Assembly (NCBI GenBank): GCA_977020255.1
Contig: CDROCS010002105.1
Span: 186,001 to 250,000 of the forward strand
Direction of reading: 5' to 3'
DNA: 64,000 nucleotides
Source: Obrimoposthia wandeli
Lineage: Eukaryota
This document shows, one piece after another, positions 56,567-64,000 of the stretch (position 1 is the first letter of the stretch; every line of letters begins with the position of its first letter). The translations under genes and the position numbers were made by a program. The notes under the pieces are model-generated. The model searched no databases, was not told the origin of the DNA, and was given only the letters and a program-made list of their open reading frames with translations.

Positions 56567-58515
56567 ACGGCTTTCTCGCTATTTATTTTATCTACCACAT
56601 AGCCTTGGAAACCTCGCACCATGAGTTCGGCCAGCTTTTCTTGCTGGCTGATTGTTTCAACACGAGTGGCGATGGTGGTGATTAATAGATTATTCGCTGT
56701 GCGGGTAATTGATGCGAGTACATCAGCTTTAACTTGATGTTCAATTTGATGAGTGTAGGCAAAATCTAGTTTTACATAAGCCGGACGGAACTTATTAAGA
56801 TAGCCGATCGAACTGAAATTATGCCCAAAATTATCGATACCAAAGGCGAAGTTATTTTGATGGATGATTTCACATAATAACCCTGCATTGTCGCTATGTT
56901 TAATAAAACAAATTTCAGGAAGCTCAAATATAATACGTTCTTTCAATTGTGGGTTAGATTGCATTTTATTGGCTAACCAGCGAATAAAGCCAGTGTCGTT
57001 CACACTGCTTTTTGTAATATTAACGGCAATGTTACCGACATTTTTATCGCTATTTAGCACATTGAATAGCTCATCGATGATGTGCATATCCATATGTGTA
57101 CCCGCATTTAATTGTTCTATTGCACCTAAGAATTGTGCTGCCGAGTAATGTTGGCTGCCTTTCTTAATATAGGCAAATGCCTCTTGATGAAGGGTGTTCT
57201 GGTGATGATCAATTGCTTTTTGGAAATTGAATTTAAACAACTTATTAGCAATCGCTTCGTCTACTAATGCTTTCCATTGTTGCTTACCCATAGTGGTTTG
57301 TTTGCCGGTGTCGCTTTGTTCTTTTACATCAAATAATGCAAGGGGCTCTTGCGGTTGTTGCCTTGCTTGCATTAGAGCATTGTCAGCTTGAGCAAGTAGC
57401 GTTGTAATATTGTCATCATGGCTGCGCATGACTAAACCGACAGTCGCTTGAACTGGAGCAAGATCGAGAGGATCGCTTTGCAGTTCAGATGTCATGTGCA
57501 GTAATGAGCGGCCAATTATTTTTAGTTCAGCAGCTGTGATATTTGGCGCGAGTAACATGAATTCGCATTGGTTAAGACGCGCAATAGTGTAATCATCGTT
57601 GATGAGATCTTTCATCCGAACAGACAGTGTTTGTACGAGGTAATCACCTGCTTCATACCCATCTTGTAGATAGGCATCTGTAATTAAATCCACTTTTAAT
57701 AATGCGATACCGCCTTCTGATGGCGATGATAACCAAGAATTAAGTTGAGTCATTAAGTAACTACGGTTTGCCAGCCCCGATACCGGATCTTGATAAGCCC
57801 TAATGCGTAAATTATCAGCTTCTTGTGCTTGTTGATCAAAATGAACTTTAAGTTGTGCGCTCATATGGTTAAACGCAATAACAACGTCACTTAACTCGCG
57901 AATGTTGGGAATAGCTAAAGGGTCGCCAAATTGATTATTTGACATTTGACGAGCACGAAGTTGAATCGCTTTTAACGGTTTGAGCACTTTTGACAAAATC
58001 AACGCAAGAAATAGTAAGCCTAATAAGAACGTGGCAGTAAAACCGATCAGAAGTTGTAAGCTGGCTTGCCATAGTTGCTGGTAAGCATAGATTGAGCTGC
58101 TGGTTACAGTGAGGCTTGCCAGTTGCATCCAACCACTAGTTAGGGTGGTAGATCGAGTGATAGGCTTAATAACGATCATGCTTTGAAACCAGTCGGGTAC
58201 CCCCGCTACCTGCGTGGGATAACTGCGTACAATTTCACCACTTTCATTCAGCATACTTAGGTGTACTTTGCTGTAAAAGCTGCTGTCAAAGGTAGCATTG
58301 ATAACAGATTCTGCAGATATTGTGTCATTGACTTCCAGATAGGGAGCCAGCGCCATACCAACAGCACTGATAGCGTTATCTATTTCTGTTGATTGTTGCT
58401 CACGTAAAAAGTCACGTGTTGTGTTGAATTGAATCACAAACACGGAGGTGATAAGCGCAAAAAATACAACCAGCATCCATATCAAGAGTTGTCTATAAAG
58501 TGTCATTGTGGTCAC
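56563..58515 (-). CDS. lapD: LapD-type c-di-GMP receptor (periplasmic-HAMP-degenerate GGDEF-EAL)
   Basis: Periplasmic PDWF and GWMQLA motifs, HAMP, RLNQCEF, QEAF, DNFG; adjacent to lapG. Confidence 0.85.
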   Translation of the reverse strand: MTTMTLYRQLLIWMLVVFFALITSVFVIQFNTTRDFLREQQSTEIDNAISAVGMALAPYLEVNDTISAESVINATFDSSFYSKVHLSMLNESGEIVRSYPTQVAGVPDWFQSMIVIKPITRSTTLTSGWMQLASLTVTSSSIYAYQQLWQASLQLLIGFTATFLLGLLFLALILSKVLKPLKAIQLRARQMSNNQFGDPLAIPNIRELSDVVIAFNHMSAQLKVHFDQQAQEADNLRIRAYQDPVSGLANRSYLMTQLNSWLSSPSEGGIALLKVDLITDAYLQDGYEAGDYLVQTLSVRMKDLINDDYTIARLNQCEFMLLAPNITAAELKIIGRSLLHMTSELQSDPLDLAPVQATVGLVMRSHDDNITTLLAQADNALMQARQQPQEPLALFDVKEQSDTGKQTTMGKQQWKALVDEAIANKLFKFNFQKAIDHHQNTLHQEAFAYIKKGSQHYSAAQFLGAIEQLNAGTHMDMHIIDELFNVLNSDKNVGNIAVNITKSSVNDTGFIRWLANKMQSNPQLKERIIFELPEICFIKHSDNAGLLCEIIHQNNFAFGIDNFGHNFSSIGYLNKFRPAYVKLDFAYTHQIEHQVKADVLASITRTANNLLITTIATRVETISQQEKLAELMVRGFQGYVVDKINSEKAV

Positions 58516-59177
58516 TCATCAAAGTTAATTTTAGGTCTATTCAGTTTTATGCGATCTGAACGTTGGCGTAGATCATTCCACAAACTTAATCTGGAAGCGT
58601 TACCTGCTAACTGTCCTTGTCCTTTCTGTTTCATCAGCCAGAGTTTGCTAGCATTAAAGCTGTATATAGGCAGTAAATCTGGTCGTTTTGTTGCTGGCTT
58701 AATGTCACCATCAAGGTTATCAAGCAGCAATGGTACAGATGACGGGGTAGGGTAATAGGCTACCACCATATGAAACTGATTAAGTTCTAGTGCCTTTACA
58801 TATACTAATCGTAACTTGTTATCGGCAACGCCCAATTCACGCAACGAGAAGTATTTTGCAATACTGAAATCTTCACAATCACCAGCCCCCACACCTAGAA
58901 ACTCAATAGGGGTCGCCCAGAAGTCTTCTTTTCCCCATAGCTTGATATCATCAATAAAAATCAACTGGTTAAAGAAATTATTTACCTCTTGTAGCTTGGT
59001 ATCAATATCTTGTGAAGCATTATCATTAACAATATTCCGCCATGCCGTCACTCGCTTTCCAGCGCGTTCACCATAAAATTGCATGATGGTATTGATTTGT
59101 TTCGACTCTTTATCCGTCAGTGCAATCGCACTTGTTGATAATAATAAAGCGAGAACCCAGAACGTCACTCTCTTCAT
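58512..59177 (-). CDS. lapG: LapG-type transglutaminase-like cysteine protease
   Basis: WATPIEFL, GDCEDFSIAKY (Cys), HMVV (His), LDNL (Asp). Confidence 0.92.
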   Translation of the reverse strand: MKRVTFWVLALLLSTSAIALTDKESKQINTIMQFYGERAGKRVTAWRNIVNDNASQDIDTKLQEVNNFFNQLIFIDDIKLWGKEDFWATPIEFLGVGAGDCEDFSIAKYFSLRELGVADNKLRLVYVKALELNQFHMVVAYYPTPSSVPLLLDNLDGDIKPATKRPDLLPIYSFNASKLWLMKQKGQGQLAGNASRLSLWNDLRQRSDRIKLNRPKINFDE

Positions 59178-59205
59178 TCTATTGGGTCAATTATCAGTGA
59201 AAGCA

Positions 59206-59796
59206 TTAATTATCTCTTAAGGTAAAAATAGTCCATTCTTCTACAAGGCTACCTTTTGAACCGATAACACGTGCAACAACACGACGGCTTAGCGTGTTTG
59301 TGGCTTCACTTGATTCAGCTTCGATTGGCTCAGCGTCGCCAAAGCCAATTGTTTTTATTCGCTGTGCAGCAACACCTTCGGCAATGAGTTGTTCACGTAC
59401 TTTTGCTGCTCGTCGTTTTGATAGACCAATATTGTATTCTGCGTTACCGACAGGGCTCGCATAACCTTTTAATTCAATATACGTTTCTGGGTATACCTCT
59501 AAAAAATCAGCCATACGCTGAATTTCTGACAAAAAGGCTTCAGGTATTGCTGCTGAATCATTGGCAAAAAGAACCCGTACATCATTTTCTTCTTCACGAT
59601 TTACGCTGGTTGGGCAGCCATCATTATCTACAATGGCAGAATGTGGGGTGTCAGCACACTTATCACGGGCATTAATAACGCCATCGTTATCAAAATCCCG
59701 TTGATCTTGCGATTGCTCAGCAATAGGTGGCTCTTCCACTGTGACAGAACAGCCAAATAAGGTGAGTGCTAATAAACCGGTTAAAGTTCGTTTCAT
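59206..59796 (-). CDS. OmpA C-terminal domain lipoprotein
   Basis: Lipobox LFGC; DFDNDGVINARDKC Ca-binding-like loop; YNIGLSKRRA, GFG, SRRV. Confidence 0.85.
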   Translation of the reverse strand: MKRTLTGLLALTLFGCSVTVEEPPIAEQSQDQRDFDNDGVINARDKCADTPHSAIVDNDGCPTSVNREEENDVRVLFANDSAAIPEAFLSEIQRMADFLEVYPETYIELKGYASPVGNAEYNIGLSKRRAAKVREQLIAEGVAAQRIKTIGFGDAEPIEAESSEATNTLSRRVVARVIGSKGSLVEEWTIFTLRDN

Positions 59797-59813
59797 TGTT
59801 ATTATTCCCTTAT

Positions 59814-61127
59814 TTATTTGACTGTTTTAACCCAGCTCTCTGGTACATCAACACGCATTTCATCGAGTAGTAAACCTGTCGCATTCAAGACACGGTATTT
59901 GGCTAAAATACCGCTGTAGTGGGCATTCAAATAGGCTTTACGTGATTCAAATAGCTCATTTTCTGTGTTCAATACGTCCAATAACGTTCGCTTACCAATT
60001 CTAAATTGTTTCTCATAAGCGATGACTGTTCGAGCAGAAGCATCAACATGTTCTTGCAAAAATTTAGTTTGATCAGATGCTAGTTCCATGGCACTCCATG
60101 CTAAACGCGTACCCTCATCTAGCATGCGGTGGGCGCGATCACGAACATCTTTAGATTTATTTATTTGGTATGCCGCCCGACGACTTTTTGCTGCATCAGA
60201 GCCACCGTTATAGAGGTTATAACGCATTTTTAGCATTGCTTTGAACTCATCGGTATCACCACGTGAACCATCGAGCTCTTCTCCCCATTCTTGAGAAGCT
60301 TCAATACTGAATGATGGATAAAATGTCCCTTTAGCCTGTTCATATTGTTGCTGAGCAGCTTCGATATCATTAGAAGCCACAAAAATAACAGGGTTGTTTT
60401 TTCGTGCTTTTTCCATTGCATCATCAAGCGATCTCGCCACGTAATTGATGTCGACTTCTGGTTTTTCCAGCGCCTCGGGATATGCTCCAATTGTACGAAT
60501 AAAAGCTGTTTTTTTGTCGTTTAGGTTACTTTTTGCTGATAATAAATTGGTGTTTGAACGAGCTAGACGACCTGCTACTTGAGCAAGATCTGCAGTAGAA
60601 CCTATGCCTGAATCGGCACGCTTTTTAATATCTGAATACATGCGTTGGTGAACCGCAAAGTTGGCTTCAGACAGCGCTAATATTTCTTGAGCGCGTAATA
60701 CATCGAGGTAGCTTTCAGTGGCATTTAGTGCCATGTCTTGTGCGTCAGACAATAATTGGTAACGTTGAGCTTCTGTTTCTGCTTTATTACGCTGAATATC
60801 GTTATACGTTATTGACCCATCCCATAGCAATTGTCTGATTGATATTTTTGCATTTCGAGGGTCAAATTCCCCTTTAGTGCCTAACTTATTATCGTAATCT
60901 TCATAGCCAATACCGGCCTCTAGATCGACAGAAGGTAGGTAGTCACCCGTTGATGCATCAATGAGCTCGTTACGACTCATAAATTCGTTATAAGCACTTC
61001 GGATTTCAGGGTTTGAGCTTAAGGTTTGGGCAATAGCTTGCTCTAATGATTGAGCCATCACAGGCATAGTCATAAATTGTAAGCTAATTACTAGAGCGAT
61101 CTTTTTAATGCGTTGGTTTGTTATCAT
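59814..61127 (-). CDS. TolC-family T1SS outer membrane protein (LapE/AggA-like)
   Basis: Signal peptide, OEP repeats, QFRIGKRTLLDVLNTENE. Confidence 0.92.
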   Translation of the reverse strand: MITNQRIKKIALVISLQFMTMPVMAQSLEQAIAQTLSSNPEIRSAYNEFMSRNELIDASTGDYLPSVDLEAGIGYEDYDNKLGTKGEFDPRNAKISIRQLLWDGSITYNDIQRNKAETEAQRYQLLSDAQDMALNATESYLDVLRAQEILALSEANFAVHQRMYSDIKKRADSGIGSTADLAQVAGRLARSNTNLLSAKSNLNDKKTAFIRTIGAYPEALEKPEVDINYVARSLDDAMEKARKNNPVIFVASNDIEAAQQQYEQAKGTFYPSFSIEASQEWGEELDGSRGDTDEFKAMLKMRYNLYNGGSDAAKSRRAAYQINKSKDVRDRAHRMLDEGTRLAWSAMELASDQTKFLQEHVDASARTVIAYEKQFRIGKRTLLDVLNTENELFESRKAYLNAHYSGILAKYRVLNATGLLLDEMRVDVPESWVKTVK

Positions 61128-61132
61128 TATAA

Positions 61133-62527
61133 TTACTCTCTTAACGCTGTTTGACGCGCTTTGAGCACTGGTTTAAGCAGATAATCTAAAACAGAACGCT
61201 TGCCTGTGATGATATCTGCCGACGCGGTCATACCAGGGATGATAGGTAAGGGCTCACCATCTGGTCCTTTAAGGGTGTTATCTTCAGTCCTTATCCGTAC
61301 TTGGTAATAACTATTTCCTTCTTCATCCTGAATCGTGTCAGCACTGATTGTTTCTAAGTAACCAGATAAACCACCATAAACTGTAAAATCATAAGCACTA
61401 AATTTGAGCATTACAGGTAAATCTGGACGTAAAAAACCGATGTCTTGAGGCGCGATTTTTGCCTCAACCAGCAAATTATCTTCTGATGGAACAATCTCAA
61501 CGAGGTCCATTCCTGGTTGAATAACCCCCCCCACGGTATTGACATAAATCTTTTGGATTGTGCCTGTTACTGGCGATAAAACGACAGTTCGATTAACGCG
61601 ATCTTCAAGACCTACCTGTGACTCTAATAAACTGTCGAGTTGGTCACTGGTCTCATTCAATTCTGCTTGTGCTTCAGAGCGAAAATTAGATGCAATATTA
61701 ATATATTTGAAAATGACCTCTTGAATTGCTGCTTGTGTAACAGGTATTTGAAGTTGTGCAGATGTTAATTCGCGCTTGGTATCGTTTAGCTGTCGTTGAA
61801 GTTTGAGCAATTCAATTTTTGGTACAACGCCTTCGTCTGCCAGTGGTTTTGTTATGTTGTATTCTTTGCTGGCGATGTTATAGCTACGTCGAAGGTTGTT
61901 CATTCGAGATTTAGTTTCGATTAATTCACGTTCTTTTTGACTAATCTGTTGTGCCATTCCTGATAACTGGTTTTGAATATTTGAAATTTTGTCGTTGTAT
62001 TCATTTTTTTGGCGTCGAACCAGTTTCTTATGTTTATCTTTAAAACTGGCATCAAATTTAAGAATGTCATCTTTCACATCAACGCTTTTTCGCCAGTTAG
62101 TATTTGCATTTTTTTTGTTAACAGTGACGCTGTTTAATAAAGCATTTAGGCGTATAGAGTCAGCTTGAGAGCCTGCCAAGTTTTGTGTCCGTTCACGAAA
62201 ATCGGATCGAAATAGGGTGTCATCTATCAATAGCAGCTTTTGATTTTGTTCTACATGTTGCCCTTCTTTTACCAATACCTCTTTGACGATACCGCCTTCT
62301 AGGTTTTGCACAATTTGTAGCTGCGATGATGGGATTACCTTGCCTGTACCCACGGTTACTTTATCCAGCTTGGCGACAGATGCCCATGCAATAGCCACGA
62401 TAAAAAACAACACCATAACCCAAAGCATTATTCGCGCACTATGTGGTGTATTTAGCAATAAAGCCGCTGATTTATCATCAACGAAGTCTAATTGAGTAGT
62501 TGAAAGTGCTCGGTTTTTCTTCGCCAT
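61133..62527 (-). CDS. HlyD-family T1SS adaptor (LapC-like)
   Basis: GKVIPSSQLQIVQNLEGGIV, SPVTGTI, IIPGMTASADI, YLLKP. Confidence 0.93.
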   Translation of the reverse strand: MAKKNRALSTTQLDFVDDKSAALLLNTPHSARIMLWVMVLFFIVAIAWASVAKLDKVTVGTGKVIPSSQLQIVQNLEGGIVKEVLVKEGQHVEQNQKLLLIDDTLFRSDFRERTQNLAGSQADSIRLNALLNSVTVNKKNANTNWRKSVDVKDDILKFDASFKDKHKKLVRRQKNEYNDKISNIQNQLSGMAQQISQKERELIETKSRMNNLRRSYNIASKEYNITKPLADEGVVPKIELLKLQRQLNDTKRELTSAQLQIPVTQAAIQEVIFKYINIASNFRSEAQAELNETSDQLDSLLESQVGLEDRVNRTVVLSPVTGTIQKIYVNTVGGVIQPGMDLVEIVPSEDNLLVEAKIAPQDIGFLRPDLPVMLKFSAYDFTVYGGLSGYLETISADTIQDEEGNSYYQVRIRTEDNTLKGPDGEPLPIIPGMTASADIITGKRSVLDYLLKPVLKARQTALRE

Positions 62528-63087
62528 AAAATTACCAATGCAGTAGCCTAAGAATTCATACAGTAAATACCTAGTTACATTCTAGTCCTAAAAAAATATT
62601 CTTTATAAAACAGAAGCTAAAATTCTAATATCTTGCCATTTATACTTATGTCATTGAATGCAACTTGCTCTTTAGGAGCTTAAAGTTCGTTTTTCTGTAC
62701 AAAATATGGATGAGGGTTCTACTCATTATGCTATCAACGACTTACAGGATACACTTTTATGTGCAATTGGTTTAATTTGTCTTCTGTTGATATGTTTGTA
62801 ACGGATTATTTCAAATGATAAACTGCCAATATATTGACGTAAAGTGTTATTTTTTATTAAAAGTATGAATTTTTTGTCACGAAATGACGTCAAAAAAGTC
62901 ATAACGACACAGTTTAATCGTTAACGTACCATTATTTGAAAGTATGCTTTTTAGAGATTACTTCCAAATGATAGAAAGAATACATTATTTTATCCATGCT
63001 GATGAAGTTAGGTATTTGATATAAATAATAAAGATAAAACTATATGTGCGTGTGTACATATCCAAGTGCTAACTGAGTGGTCTTTTT

Positions 63088-64000
63088 ATGGATAAGAACG
63101 ATACAAAAAATGTGGTTGATATGCAGGCTTCAAAAGATGTCGCTTTTATCATTAAAGCAGGGAACAAGGTTGTTCCTATAAAAGCTGATTATCAGATGCA
63201 ATCAGATGAAGTAGTCGTTGCAAATGCGGGTGCTAAATTTGTTGTGATGCAAAATGGCATTCCTACTGTTGTGAATGAATCTTGCCCCACCTGTATCATG
63301 ATGTCCGTAGACGGCCTAAAAATCTCAGAGCTCAGTGATAGCGTATCGTTTAGCGCAGAAGGGGCGAGTAATTCCAGCTTCTCTTCGAATGATGTAGCCG
63401 CGATTCAAAATGCAATTTTATCTGGCGATGACCCAACAGAAACACTAGAAGCCGCAGCTGCAGGTAATGAAGCACAAGGTTCATCAAATAGCCGTTTTGT
63501 TGTTATTGACTACGATAACAATGAAACGCTTGCACAAGCGGGTTTTGATACTGCCAGTGAGCAGCAAGAAACTAGAAACGAAGATGAAAGCCTAGCTATC
63601 CTTACTGCTGAAGGGGGCGATACTGCGTCTATTTCTTTGGTTGAAGGTGATCTAGACGTTGACCAACTAAGTACGTATCCAGTAGAAACCACTCAATCTG
63701 TAACCATTGAAGCAGGAACGCAGCCACTCAACCCTGATTCATTTACGTTTGATTCGCTCACTCTTGATAGTTTACTTAGCGAACTAAATAGTGAAATTAC
63801 ATCAGGCGGTGAGCCAGTTGTATTTATCTTTGATTCAGCTACGAATTCTATTGTTGGTACGCAAGATGGTGAACCGGTACTGACGATTGATTTGGATATC
63901 AGCACCAATGGTCGAGATGTCACTCTCGATATCACGACGACATTACACCAACCTATCGATCATTTGGATGGCGCTAATAATTCCGGTTTAGTGACCAACG
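63088..64000 (+). CDS. Giant LapA/RTX-type adhesin, N-terminal part (runs off the window)
   Basis: Open frame of 304 codons with no stop; retention motif DVAAIQNAILSGDDPTETLEAAAAG, then an acidic beta-rich repeat ending LHQPIDH. Confidence 0.88.
   Translation, partial: MDKNDTKNVVDMQASKDVAFIIKAGNKVVPIKADYQMQSDEVVVANAGAKFVVMQNGIPTVVNESCPTCIMMSVDGLKISELSDSVSFSAEGASNSSFSSNDVAAIQNAILSGDDPTETLEAAAAGNEAQGSSNSRFVVIDYDNNETLAQAGFDTASEQQETRNEDESLAILTAEGGDTASISLVEGDLDVDQLSTYPVETTQSVTIEAGTQPLNPDSFTFDSLTLDSLLSELNSEITSGGEPVVFIFDSATNSIVGTQDGEPVLTIDLDISTNGRDVTLDITTTLHQPIDHLDGANNSGLVTN

Noticed and set aside
63510-63935. Two minus-strand ORFs (60 and 80 aa) at the window end
   Set aside because: Antisense shadows of the plus-strand adhesin frame
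1-64000. CRISPR arrays, integron cassettes, tRNA/rRNA, prophage or defence islands
   Set aside because: No regularly spaced repeats, attC-like arrays, structural RNA signatures, or integrase/transposase/phage genes seen; the MITE fragments are dispersed, not arrayed

Overview
64 kb of Vibrionaceae-like chromosomal DNA (AT-rich; gene content suggests Photobacterium, which is an inference). No rRNA, tRNA, CRISPR array, transposase, integrase or phage genes were seen. Main content: TAXI-type TRAP transporter, RecQ-family helicase, two chemoreceptors, acyl-CoA ligase with a FadR-like operator, a TolC/HlyD/two-permease efflux operon lacking an ATPase, ovothiol synthase OvoA, lhgO, a periplasmic binding protein/hybrid kinase pair, a GH18 chitinase, a zinc-acquisition cluster with three Zur-like boxes, a Kef K+ efflux pair, and a complete Lap-type c-di-GMP adhesin-release system whose giant adhesin starts at 63088 and is missing from the ORF track. 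Most notable non-annotated signals: an orphan minus-strand terminator implying an sRNA at ~23.7-23.8 kb with an anti-SD seed and an antisense 13-codon ORF; a 266-bp MITE with three decayed relatives, one end of which forms a plausible hybrid promoter; a 22-aa ORF followed by three hairpins in a 1-kb gene-free gap; and a small membrane ORF heading the zinc ABC operon. None of these is proven novel without database searches.
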